Shown here: one piece after another, positions 1 to 12,530 of the stretch
Numbering within the stretch: the first letter of the stretch is position 1
Layout of the letters: each line of letters opens with the position of its first letter
Source of the DNA: Macrostomum lignano
Taxonomy: Eukaryota
DNA length: 36,945 nt
Reading direction: 5' to 3'
NCBI GenBank assembly: GCA_002269645.1
Contig: NIVC01001707.1
Location: forward strand, 1-36,945
Notes under the pieces: generated by a model
The model's database searches: none
Seen by the model: only the letters and a program-made list of their open reading frames with translations
Told to the model about the DNA's origin: nothing
Program-made: the position numbers and the translations under genes

Positions 1-3000
1 AGCATAATTGCATGCTCTTTGAAATTTTCGTGTCTGCTGCAATGCGATCTGATCTGAGAATCACGAGTCTATACTGTTCGCGACTGCTTAGGTAACGTCT
101 TTAACAGAACATATGAGAGTGCCGCAGAAACCCCTCAACACAGCATTCCAACGCACACAGACCTTAAGAGAGGCACATCTTATTCTATTCAAGAAGTGTC
201 ACTGCATGATTGTCACTGCCAATCTGTTTGTACTCGAACTGTTAATTATCTATAAATTTTGTTTTGTACGAGCATTTGCTCCATTGAGCGCTGGCTTTAA
301 GTGGAATGGGCGTTACGTGTACTTTGAGTAGCGCGCGAATATCTATGAGCGAATTTGCTTCGAAGTAAACGAAGTAAAAACTTCAAATTCATAAATTGAG
401 GATTCGAGTCGTGAATCATCGAGCTGGAATCGTGAGTCATGAAACTGAGTCCTCAGTTTTATAACGGACCAATTCGCTCAGGAATTCCATGCGACTCAGT
501 TCACAGAATTGGCATGTTGTGTGATTTCTCTGTTACCAAGCAATAAAAAAATTCTTTATACTTTGGTAGAAAACAAAATCGGGTCGTGTAGAACTAATTG
601 TATCAAAGAGCTAGAGCTGATCAATGTTAATTAACCTGCTCTTCATCGCGCCGACTCGCTTTCCTTAGCCAACTCCACACGACACGCAGCATAACATGAT
701 ATCGAGACACGTACGTATTGATTGAGAACTCACCGATCCGATCCCATTCGTGTACGAGGCTTCCACACCTTATTATAATCCACGCCTACGATCGTACACG
801 TATATCATCTGTAGTGAAACGCGGTATCAATGTGCTATATATACATTTTATTTATTATATTTTTATATATACATACATATATTAATACAGCGGCACCAAA
901 AGTGTCTAAACACGTCAAAATTTTTGTCCTAATTTAAAAATATTTAGTAATTTACACACCGGAAAGTAATTTTCGTTATAATTTGTGTCGAATATGCAAG
1001 ATCCCGATCGTAAACGTAAATTATATATGAATATTAAAACTATGTTTGCAATGGTTTTTCTCAACTCAATATTACATGTATTTGATAGAAATTCGTATCC
1101 AACCAACCTTCCTCACTTCTTTCTATCATTTCTCGATCCTGGCATTTTGTAGCTGAATAATTTATTCAAATCCAAAGCTCGAAAGCAGTCTCGTAGCAAC
1201 AATTTACCACGATAAATCAGCAAGTCAATACAAGTGTCGTGATATACTATTTAGTTACCAGTTTTTGCTAAATGCAGAAAATCAAATAGTTAGTTATGAA
1301 AATAGCTAGTGCTTCATCGTTTAGAGCTGCACGTATTTAAAGCATGGCTTCTTCAAAGTATATAAAAGTATAATTTTATATCTAGAGAATAATTTACTGC
1401 ATCACAAACACAGTTTTTTGGTTCGAAATTGCGCTTTTATCAGCATTAGCCAACTAGCCATATATATATGTATGTATCACTAATTCAAAATATTTTTTCT
1501 ACGAATCACATTGACTTTCTAGATGGCTACTTACATGGATTATAGATTGCATCCTGCAGTTTGAGATTCGTAGAAGACCTATAAAAATAGGACTGATCTT
1601 AAAGAACAATTGGCATTGTAATTATACTTATACCCAGACGCAATAACACAATATTTTGGCCGTTATTCCACAGTTTTAATATGTACCATTAGACATTTGG
1701 ATTGAAAAAATCCATCGCACAGTATTTTTGTTAATAAATACAGAACAGCAAGGAGTAAATGAACAAAAAGGGAAAAATCAATAAAACTTATGTACCAGCA
1801 AAAAGTGTGGAATAATGACATGGCGCTGGGTAAAAGTATAAATACAATGCACTTGTATAGTATGTACGAGCGTAACTTAGTTGAATACTATACAATCTAC
1901 CAGAGATCGAAATGTCACTTCACCGTAATGACCTGCTCTGTTTAATGGCTGTTCATTAACTCAAAGTCCTGTTTCGACCATAGACAATTAAATTAATGCA
2001 GTTAATATGAAGCGAGTAGTTAAGTTAATGGCCAAGGTTACGAGTGCGCGTAGTCAATGTTACGCTTTAATACCAGCTTTTATACCCTCAAATAAACTTT
2101 CACTAGCTGCTACGTGATACGCGCTGTATTGTCCGCTTTAAATCATGTCTGTTACATGCAATATCCAGATAATCAATTGAGATAGGTAAAAGGATTTTGA
2201 TGAGATGCTTGCCAGATTATGCACAGAATCCCGGCTTTTACTACGAGCGTATCATCTTGTGGATGGTTCTTCCTTGGTCAAAGTTTGAATTTCCAACTAC
2301 GTGCAGAATTTGCTTTTTTACGATTTTAAGATTTTTTACGATTCTTGGAGAATATAGTTAGTTCTAGACAAAATAAAATAGCCTTAAAACTTTTCCCATG
2401 ATTCTACCAGTTTTTGCCCAATTAAATCGAGTATTTTTGGACAAGCAAAGTTGCTACTTCGAAAATGAGCTTAACAACTATCCGGGTCGTTATAGGCATA
2501 CTCATGTGTCAGTGTCTGTTAATCCCGATAAGTTACATGCATTAGTTTCGAATTCTTATTTAATTGTGCCTATATGATATGCTCGTAAATTCGTGTTAAA
2601 TTCACCTTCAAGTCTGCTGAAATCTATCTATCCTTCCGTTAAGATCTTTTCGAAAAGTTCTAAGCGTCTTTAAACTTTCGCTTTAACAACTCGCGACCTT
2701 AGCTACATGTAATGTGTAATTGTCTGCAGAACCAACTGGAGCACATATAAAGCATAAAAATATAATAGTTTACTTGTACGAGTTTGTGCAAGGAGTTTCG
2801 GGAAAAGAAACTGCCTGCAGCATATATACTTTTATATCGTTTCTATTTCGAACTCGAAATGATTTTTCTCACCAGTGAAATGCCCATAATTTCGTGGCTT
2901 AAAGCAGTTTAGAGTCTTTGTTTTTAATCCTCTGGTTTATCAAATGTCCTGAAGTTTATATCTGGAGGCCTTTCCGATGCGTGCATTTTGTTTTCAGGTG

Positions 3001-3939
3001 TTTTAAAAACGCGTCAAGAAGCCCTAGAGTGGCCATTTCAGTTTATTATTGATGACACAGTTTTATTTCAACTCGATTTCGCATACACGCCAGATGTTAA
3101 TCAATTAAAAATAAGAATATTCTCTCGTGCATTTATCCACGATGCATAGTTTTCTTCGAAAAGAACTTCGAAGAAGATCGTAGATACATGTATATAAAAT
3201 TACCTGAACTGCGATAATTTTTCAGCTGGCTCTGCCAGAGAATGTAAGATTTTACGGTTTTATAATCTCACTTTCCTTGAAAACAAACCATAAAAATTAA
3301 TTATCAGCATTTCACTCACAAAAATGGCATCACGCATCAAAGTAATTTAGCTTTTTCTGTTTTTTTTGCTTTGCATTGATGGAAAATGTCTAAAATTTGA
3401 GGTTTTCACCTGCTTATTTAGACAATACAGGTGTCATTAATCAAAATCGTTTATCGATTTTTGATTATTTGATTAATTTGATTAATATAAACTACGAGTG
3501 TTCTATGAAACCAAGTCTAAAAACATAAGTTTTACTCTACGCTTTGCTTATATAATGAATCTGTAAGTATATCCGTGAAACTCATCTTGCTTTGTGCTGC
3601 AGTACTAACAAGATGATATAAGTTCGATATTCGTCAATATTCATATAGCGAAGTTAACTGGGGTGGATGAAAATCTAGATAAAATGAACCCATGTTGCTT
3701 TTTTGGCTTTATTGATTATGCTGAATCACTTGTGTTCTGCTGCATATTTTTATTGGTACGAATATATTGCCAAAACATAAATTTATGGCCAACACGCATT
3801 TCAAATTTGAATTGTCACATATCATTTTTGTTTTGTCACAGGCTTCTCAATGAGGCTTTTTGCTTTACCATTTCAGTTGTTGAAAAAGCTTGATGTATGT
3901 GAAGTCTGATTTGTTCAAAATTTTGCGCGCACCTTTCAG

Positions 3940-4062
3940 GCCGGCAAAGCGACGATTTCAATCAACTTTTTTCGATTGTTCCGAGCAATGCGACTTGTCA
4001 AGTTGTTGAATCGAGGAGAGCATCTGCGCACGTTGCTGTGGACATTCATCAAGTCGTTTCAG
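3940..4062 (+). CDS. Cav1: L-type Ca channel alpha-1 (Cav1) exon: repeat IV S4 and S4-S5 linker
   Basis: tttcag|GCC...TTTCAG|gtaggt; translates [41 protein letters not shown], matching Cav1 IVS4 ([32 protein letters not shown]); phase 0-0. Confidence 0.96.
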
Positions 4063-4433
4063 GTAGGTTAATGTTCGTTAGTCAACAAGTTAGCAAAATT
4101 TCGAAGTCGTAGCTGTAGTAAATGTGTAAAATGACTGCGGTAAATGACTGCGCTAGACCCATGAACCAATGGAAGTTGCGCATGAATCTCGGCTGCACAG
4201 TGCCCCGTCCTCCAAAGGATGTGAATCACGTCACACTCTCTGAGCAACACTTAAATGCACATCCATGATTTTTGCGTGGTAAAAGGAGGGAACAAAAAGC
4301 AATGAAGCTGAAGCCCACTATGAAATACTCTGCTGCTTTAAAATTTTTATGTATCTCCAAGTTTTTTCCATATATGTATACCTTTGTCGGAGCAGCCTAA
4401 TAAAGAAGTCTGACAATGCATTCAATCAAAAGT

Positions 4434-4481
4434 CAGGGACAACTAAAACATTTCGCGTCCCGAGTGTTTTAGTTGTCCCTG
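4434..4481. repeat. Intronic hairpin, perfect 17-bp stem
   Basis: CAGGGACAACTAAAACA (4434-4450) and its exact reverse complement (4465-4481), 14-nt loop. Confidence 0.85.
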
Positions 4482-4898
4482 TCAAAAGTACTTACTTTCC
4501 GCTAGGTTGCTGACTTACTGCAAGTCTATAGTCGAGTTCCTGCTGCATTTTTGTTCATAACTTTCGTTTCCATTGTCTCATTTTAATGATTTTAAAGTTA
4601 ATATAAAGAAGAGAGTTGCTACTATAAATTGTGCAAAATAATTGCACTGCGATGTTATTATATAATGTTATTAATAATGTTATTTGGATCATCAGAATGA
4701 GACATAAAATGAAAAGTAACACTACATTTGGGACAGCCCTCGTATATTAGTGTGCGAGATTTTGAATTGGCCAGGACCGGTTATCTGAGTTTTTACTCTT
4801 TGTCACCTGACAAAGTTTCAGAACACACAACAGACGGTTTGTTTAATACAACTTTCTAGCTAAATATTTCTAACACATTGACAAAACTCAATTTCCAG

Positions 4899-5106
4899 GC
4901 CCTTCCGTACGTCGCCCTGCTCATATTGATGCTGTTCTTCATCTACGCCGTGATCGGCATGCAGATGTTTGGCAAAATCCGGCTGGACGCCAGCACGCAG
5001 ATAAACCGGAACAACAATTTTCGAACGTTTTTCTCGGCTTCTCTGGTGCTCTTCCGATCGGCCACAGGCGAAGCTTGGCAAGAAATTCTGCTGGACTGCG
5101 TTAACG
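4899..5106 (+). CDS. Cav1: Cav1 exon: IVS5 and pore helix with selectivity-filter glutamate
   Basis: ttccag|GCC...AACG|gtatgg; [27 protein letters not shown]...NRNNNFRTF...[18 protein letters not shown]; phase 0-1. Confidence 0.97.
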
Positions 5107-5909
5107 GTATGGAGACATGTTGGAGGGAAGCAGCTTGAGGGTTTACCTGGCTCTGGGTGCCAAAGTGACTCATAAAATCCATCTTCATTCTCATAACCCA
5201 CTCAAAAATGATCAAGCAACCAGAATCAGGTGGGTCGCGAATCAGTCCAAATCCTCATTGGATTTGGAGCATAGCTATGGACAAAAACCTACTAAAGGAC
5301 TTTGATGCACGATTAATAATGAAAAGAACATTTTTTCTTTTCTACCTTTCAAACGTAATTTTCAAGTTTCTGCTTGCTTAAAATATTATTTAAAATATGA
5401 AAAATTATAATTTATTCCCTACTTGTTGCATCTATTGTCGGCGCGAACGGCTGAGGAGTCGTTTCTGGGTCCGAGGCGAAGCAGAATCGTGGCCGAAACC
5501 GTTCGTTGCCATCGATAAGTGAAACAAGCGGGGAATGCGGTGTCTCTGCAGAACAGGGCATTCACCCACTTCAGCAGCATTGGAGAAGCCTTCAGATTCA
5601 CAAATTCGTTCTAAATTATTTTTTCTATACAGTCATCGCAAATTTAAAATCATCAGCTTTCAAAACCGTCAGAAAAGTGACTTCGGGAAGATTGAGTTTC
5701 GTTTAAAACACTGCATTTTTAGTTTACAAATCCAAACCAGTTTTTTCAGCGATTTAATAAAAACTTCAGATCTTCAGGATCTTCAGCGGGATGGAAACTG
5801 AGACATTTAGTGCGAGTGAAAAGTCACCGTTCTGTTAATGGGGAACGCAAATAAATTGGTTACTAAAATGCATGCCAAACAACCCAAAATATGAATCGAA
5901 ACGTTTTAG

Positions 5910-6115
5910 ACCCATCGGTGCTGTGCGATAAACACAGCGACAGCTACAGAGCATTCGAGGAGGCCATGGAAACTCACGTACTGCAGAGCCTTAACGGCAC
6001 AATACCTATGGGAAACGTGTTTTACCTCAACAGTTCTGTGCTGCACGAGAGCACATGCGGCAGTCCCATTGCCTATCCGTACTTTATCAGCTTTTACATG
6101 GTCTGCTCATTTTTG
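5910..6115 (+). CDS. Cav1: Cav1 exon A of a duplicated pair: IV post-pore extracellular loop and first half of IVS6
   Basis: ttttag|AC...TTG|gtgagt; (D)PSVLCDKHSDSY...TCGSPIAYPYFISFYMVCSFL; phase 1-0, 206 nt. Confidence 0.93.
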
Positions 6116-6210
6116 GTGAGTCAATATTCAACCAGACAGTTAGCTAATTGCCTAGATTTTCCTCCCCCTTTTCTTCCATTCATTCGCCGCGCATAACGCG
6201 TCGAAATCAG

Positions 6211-6350
6211 CCAAGCGAGGCTGCGATCACAGCAGCGACACTTACATGTTTTGGAACCACACGAGGCATTCGAACGGCAGCGAACCGGGCTGCGGGACGG
6301 CCCTCGGCTATCCCTATTTTATCACTTTCTATGTTATCTGCTCGTTCTTG
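6211..6350 (+). CDS. Cav1: Cav1 exon B of a duplicated pair (alternative IV loop/IVS6)
   Basis: aatcag|CC...TTG|gtgagg; (A)KRGCDHSSDTYMFWNHTRHSNGSEPGCGTALGYPYFITFYVICSFL; phase 1-0, 140 nt; paralogous to exon A; not in the supplied ORF track in this frame. Confidence 0.88.
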
Positions 6351-6627
6351 GTGAGGCGAGCCGAGGCGGCAGGGTTTATGAATAAATAATCAAGCCGGTT
6401 TTGCGGTGGGAATGAAATGAATTAACTGAACAATGCGCCGTTTATGCTTGGTTTTGATAGCATCCAATGTACTATTTATTGAATGCTTTTCAATGCTCAA
6501 CTTGAATTTAATTCAGAGATAAGGGTGACCACTTTTGTCGCTTTTGACCTTGAATTCCGAGACGCTACTTCCCCTCCCGCCACGTCACGACTTCTCTCAT
6601 CAGAAATGTATACACCTCACGCCTTGA

Positions 6628-6778
6628 CCTCACTCCCCGCGCCCACCTCACTCCCTGCACCTACACGTACCTCACTCTCTGCACCCACATCACTCCCTGC
6701 ACCCATATCACTCCCTGCGCCCACCTCACTCTTTGAACCCACATCACTCAGCATCACCCACCTCACTCCCTGAACCCT
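6628..6778. repeat. 18-bp minisatellite (CTCACTCCCTGCACCCAC)n, ~8 degenerate copies
   Basis: Direct inspection; explains the TSLPAP periodicity of ORF 6483..6773. Confidence 0.85.
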
Positions 6779-7187
6779 ACAAATGCCCTCCAAATTTCCC
6801 AAAGAACTGCATTTGGTCTTGGAAAGTAGCACATTGTCTTGTTTTGGGACTGGACGAAAATTGCTTTGCCGCAGTACTACATGTGCTGCAATACTGCTTG
6901 CTTGCCAGGAGCTTCCATTTGTTTAAGATTGCTGTGGATCTCGTCCCAAAAAACTTTCACAACTTCAGGCATGTTATCGAAGCATTGCTAATTGATCAGT
7001 AACATATCGTAAGCTAATGAGCTTCAAGCATCGATTTTAATAACAGTTTTTAAGCATTTTATAGTCCGTGAATGCTTCAAAGGTATTATTGAACGTCAAA
7101 GAAAAATGCATGGCATTTTATGCAGTAAAACTTTGCAAAGCTTATTATTCTATTGCTGATGAATGTTATCAATGGTGATTAATTTAA

Positions 7188-7346
<159 letters not shown>

Positions 7347-8062
7347 TAGGTCCCGTCTACAGTCGGATATTTCGATCCTCGTTGTGTGATTTATTGCGAC
7401 CAAAATAATTTAAAAAATTCTACAAAAGTATAATCTCAATTCAAACTACTTAAAGTAGCGCTTTGCTGAATCTCTCCAGCTCTGAGTTGCCAAAAATGTC
7501 CGACGAGTGGCTTTTTCGCCTGCAGATCTTCAGAACTTTAAGACCTTCAGCAGGATGATTACCTTGAATCCTTTAGTCGTCGGGTTAATTAATCCATCAT
7601 AACACTTTTGACTTCCGAAAATACCCGTAACATCTCCAGTACGCTTTTCTTCAACGCGTCGTACGTGTCATAAAAATGTCCTCAGGCAGGCAGGCAAGCC
7701 GAGGCGACGCCGGAAAGCAGGAGCACGAATTGGGACTCGAATTGTCTGAAGCGCACCTCCAGTGCTTTGCGGTAGAATGAAGACACTGGGCCGAACAGCA
7801 ATTGGGCTCATTTTGGCTGAGCCCAATTGCTTGGATTTTATGCTCATTGCTCGCCTGCATTCGACGTGTCTGTTAAACATTAATCCTTGAATCATATTCT
7901 TCAATTAAGAAAAGTTTGAAAGAGCTGAAAGTAGAATTCATTTTCGCTGTCCCTCTTCATCCCTCTGTCCTCCACATCTACCTCCATTGTCATATTTTTC
8001 CTCGCTTCCCGACTCAAGTATCGATATATGTACAGGCGGATTGTCTTCCCTGATGTTTCCAG

Positions 8063-8159
8063 AGGCCGAATCAAACACCTGGACGTGGTGACCCTGCTGA
8101 GAAAGATCGATCCGCCACTGGGATTCGGCAAACTCTGTCCGCATAGAAAAATATGCAAG
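8063..8159 (+). CDS. Cav1: Cav1 exon: EF-hand region
   Basis: ttccag|A GGC...AAG|gtgggg; [32 protein letters not shown]; phase 2-0. Confidence 0.96.
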
Positions 8160-8260
8160 GTGGGGCTGCTGAAAGACAAAGTTCAAGTCTACTACTTAGT
8201 ATAAGTAGTAAGTGTGGATTTTTTATTGCAATGCCGATATATTTATTTTGCCACCCACAG

Positions 8261-8363
8261 CGCCTTGTGTCGATGAACATGCCGCTAAACTCAGACGGGA
8301 CAGTGATGTTTAACGCTACTCTGTTCGCTCTGGTCAGAACCAACCTGAAAATCAAAACAGAAG
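8261..8363 (+). CDS. Cav1: Cav1 exon: pre-IQ region
   Basis: ccacag|CGC...GAAG|gtaaga; [34 protein letters not shown]; phase 0-1. Confidence 0.97.
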
Positions 8364-10548
8364 GTAAGAATGAAGCCTTCAAATAGCAAAAAATCAATTT
8401 CCAAATAGAAGTATCACGGGATATCTCTCTTCCGTTACACTTAATTAGAACCATAAAGTTAATTAAAAAGATACGCTGATGAGCATTGCTCACTTTGCCT
8501 TGAATTTAAAGCATACTGATACATTGCTGCTCTAGACGGAAACAATCATAGTATTATGTTATTTAATTTTACTTTCCTACTATACTTCACAGTACTAGAT
8601 TAGTCCGCGCTATTAACAAAATATGGAATACAATTTTAATTTTTCCTCTTAGCTTGAGTAGCTTTTGTTAATATTTGATAGAAGCTATTATTACATGCCG
8701 ACTATCAGTAGTATAGGCTGAAACATGCAGAGCAACCTATTTTTTAAGATCTTTACAACTTTTTTTCTAAAAATCTTATTTACTAACACCCAAAGCTGAT
8801 AAATAAGCTTAAAATAACAAAACTTATCTTCTTGTTTTTGTCATTAATTTAGGCAGAGGTAAAATAACACCACGCTTTACCAGCAAACGAATGCACAACC
8901 GACTTCAGTTAAATATTTATTTGTTTATTTGTTTTGTTTGTTTATTAGCGCCATAAATTACTTAATTTTGTCCTATAGCTTTTCGTACCTTGTCGCTTAC
9001 TATTGGAATAAATTCATGCTTTTTATGAAAACTTCGGGGTCAATCGATGGAGATGTATTAGCTAGATACCTGCTCAATTTACCTCGGAAGTCTTTCGCAA
9101 CTCCTTAGATGAAAATATTTTCAGTTTTCACCGTCAGAACGTTCTGCTAGTTAGTTGACAAAAATCAGGCAGAGAATAATATTAATGATCTACATATTAC
9201 AGTATATCAAATGCAGCCTCCTAAAAACACGAATAGCTTTTCTCTTTATAGTTTTCTTAAACTTCTTGACAATTTGGGTTTTGTTGTTAGAAGATAAAGG
9301 TACTAGGGGGTGAGGCTGTATATAATGCATATAGTATATCGAAAAATATTGTACTAAAACTTCTCGTGTGTATACTGCACGCGAATGTAACAAGCGCGTA
9401 GACCTTTTTAGACTGGCGTTTCACGATGTGTGTATTAGCAGTTTTACACCTGGCTGTACCGGAGCTTACCGTATATTTTAACTAAAATTTTAATTCGTAA
9501 TAACTATATTTTCATTACTATAAAGCAGAAATACAGCTCATTTATTTCTTTCTTCCCATGCCACGGAAATTCCTGTTTGCACCCGTCTGGGCGTTGACGT
9601 TTACAAACATTTTATTTGTTATATCGTTCAGACTGTAAAATCACGAGCAGGGAAGGAAAATAGGTCGTATGGTACATTACTAAAAGAAATGGGAAGGATA
9701 ATAGCTATATGGATCTTGTAAGCACAAGCCACTCTGTTATTCAAGCTTTTTAAACAAGCAACGACGCGTACTTCATGCATTGTGTAGTAACACTGAGACG
9801 TTTGAGTGTAATACGGAAAGCTTATTCGATTAGCGCACCGATCCGGAAGGCAATCTTGAATGTCTAGCGCTCTAAAAAAGATTTTTTGTTTAAGGTTTAC
9901 GAGCGGAATGCTAGATGAACATGTTTGCATTCCGCGCCACATATCGACGTTCACCAATGCATCCAACGTTAGCCGACGTTGATGGACGTCGTTGGTAGAT
10001 GATTATTTAACGATGTTTTACCTCGGCCGAAACTCCGGTGTAATATAAAAGTATCCGATTGCTAGCGACGTCAATAGGCGTTGGAAACGTCGGATTGCTG
10101 TATGAACCTGTACATCTGTGGAAAAAAGTTTTTCTGTTAATTAGACTCTTATACGAGCGAAGATTCATCTTTCACAGTGTGGTTTCAATATCCAATAACC
10201 GATATCTTATGTCTGATGGGTTTTGTTACAAAAAGTGAGTAAAATATGAAAAGAAATCGCTGCAGTTCCCAGTATTCATCATAAATATATTTATTTATTT
10301 TTGTATACTTTTTTGGCTAACATATTCCGAAGCACAGAATATTGCTGGCTATTGCTGCTTGACTGTGCATGGTGCCGCTTAATATGATTTATTATATTTC
10401 TACAAATATGTTCAACAGCTAAGAAAACGCTCCGCTCATAAAAACGATCATAGCGACCCCAAGCTTCTAGCTTCATTTCATTAAACCGAATATGTGACAG
10501 TAAATTCCCATCTTTAACCGTAAGTTTACCATTGTTACTCTGCTACAG

Positions 10549-10656
10549 GCGATTGCAGCATCGACCAGTTAAACGAAGAGCTGAGAGCTGTGATTAAGAA
10601 AATCTGGAAGAGAACCAGCGTTAAGCTACTAGATCAAGTGGTGCCACCTGCTGGAA
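10549..10656 (+). CDS. Cav1: Cav1 exon: pre-IQ helix
   Basis: ctacag|GC...GGAA|gtgagt; (G)[35 protein letters not shown]; phase 1-1. Confidence 0.96.
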
Positions 10657-10805
10657 GTGAGTAGTTCAATATCCTTCATGTCAACTTCTGTATTTTCTAT
10701 GCTCCTATTTGATGCAGGTTCTTAAACAGTTTCATGTTGCAACTCTCCAATTCGGATACTCCGCTCGCACTTATACCGTTGCAAATCGCTCTCCCAACAC
10801 TCCAG

Positions 10806-10960
10806 GAGAGGACGACGTCACAGTCGGGAAGTTCTACGCAACCTTCCTCATCCAGGATTATTACAGGCGCTTCAAGAAGCGCAAAGAGAAGCAGAAGCAG
10901 CTCGGCCAGCTAGGGATGGGCGGCGGCTTGCATAAAGATGAAGGATCTAACATTCTCAAG
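10806..10960 (+). CDS. Cav1: Cav1 exon: IQ calmodulin-binding motif
   Basis: ctccag|GA...AAG|gtaaga; [27 protein letters not shown]...SNILK; phase 1-0. Confidence 0.97.
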
Positions 10961-12530
10961 GTAAGAAACTGTCTGAACAAGGAAAAGATAATTATGCTTG
11001 AATGGGAATAATGGTTAGTTCGTTTAGATTCTAAATAGTGACAACGAAGTCGAAGACTGAAAAAGCTAAACAATATCCATTGCCCTTTTCACTGTCCTTT
11101 TTTAGAATGAGGCAAGTATACTAGAAATTTTAATCTTCCTATCCTCATGCAGCCAACTTCAACTTCTTGATCTTGCTGCAACTTTCGCTAGTTTTTCATA
11201 TTTCGTTTTACAATTTTTCGTCTTAATAATTCAGTGCACTTTAACTGCCATTTAACCTGCAAAATGTTTGTTTAAATACTTTGAAGAGACATTCAGACTT
11301 CTTTCGTTTTCCTCGTTAATTATTGCACTCGTGCTCCTCAATACTAGACAAAAGACGGATCGTTAGTTAGGATTTGCTAGAATTGCATTTAAGAAAACGT
11401 TGTGTCAATTCATTAACTACTCACTCGACAGAGTATTCAGGGCTTGTCAAGATGCCGCACCGGTGTAACGGATTTGTTGTTTTTCATTAACTTATACTTT
11501 TATATAAATTCATCAAGATTGAATTATGCATCGGTTGCCAAAATGTATCATTATCAGAGTTTTGGACACTTGGAATTGCATGAGTTTCAGGTAGAGATAG
11601 GTAGAAACGATAAGACGAGCACTTTTAATGAAAACACTCATGTCATTATGAAAAGGTATTTTTGAATAAAGACATTGTCCAAAGTTAATAATTCGAAATA
11701 ATTTCGCACAAATCTTGCTTAGTTGACAGGAACCTTTATAATACGAGAGTGCTTCCATTTGTTTCATTTTCATTTTGTCCCACACCTCTCTTTCGCACTT
11801 GCTTGCATGAACAAACTCAGTATATCTGCTGCTAATAACATAATTGATTTGTTTTAATGTCTCACTGGAGTTTCATATTTTCTTGCTTTCGCGAAATGCA
11901 ACAGAATTTGCTTTCAGGTAAGTAATTTTTTCTTGAAAAAATTGCAAAGTGCATATCCGCCACATGGTTGACAGCACTTGTTTACTGTTTCAGAAACTTC
12001 TGTTTAACATTTTTAATTTTTGGTAATTACGCTTTAGTAGGCTACACAAATTTACTATGCTGCTTGGATAAAAAAGTGCCTGCAAACCGGAGTACCGATG
12101 TAAGAGATTAGTACTCGTACTCATTTTCCAAGAACTCGCCATGGAGAACCCAGAGTAGATGGACGCTACATTCCTTTAAAAGATTTAACTTGACTGTTCC
12201 CAGTCTATTCACCAATCTGGATAAACTTTTCCAACAGAACTCCAACAAGAGACATACTTTCTCGAAAGTCTAAAATGTGAGATACACCTAGCGACATACA
12301 GCTATGACCCAGTGAATTTGCACAATCTGCTGCGAGTGCAGTGTCTGTCTACTTTAGTGTTGTTCATGGAAATCGCTTTTAGCGGGAAAAAAAACAAAAT
12401 GCCGAATGCAAGAATGAAACCCTGAATATGCATGAATATTTTGAACCGCAATCATCGTGATGACTGGTACAATTGGTTATTTATTTTTAACGCTTGTCCC
12501 TCTGCTCTGCTCCCGACAACCCTTGTGCAG

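Noticed and set aside
1-3939. Upstream Cav1 exons (IVS3 or exon-33-like microexon)
   Set aside because: No convincing coding motif with splice sites; treated as intron. A very short microexon cannot be excluded
6483-6832. ORFs with TSLPAP or GAGSEV periodicity
   Set aside because: Translation of the 18-bp minisatellite
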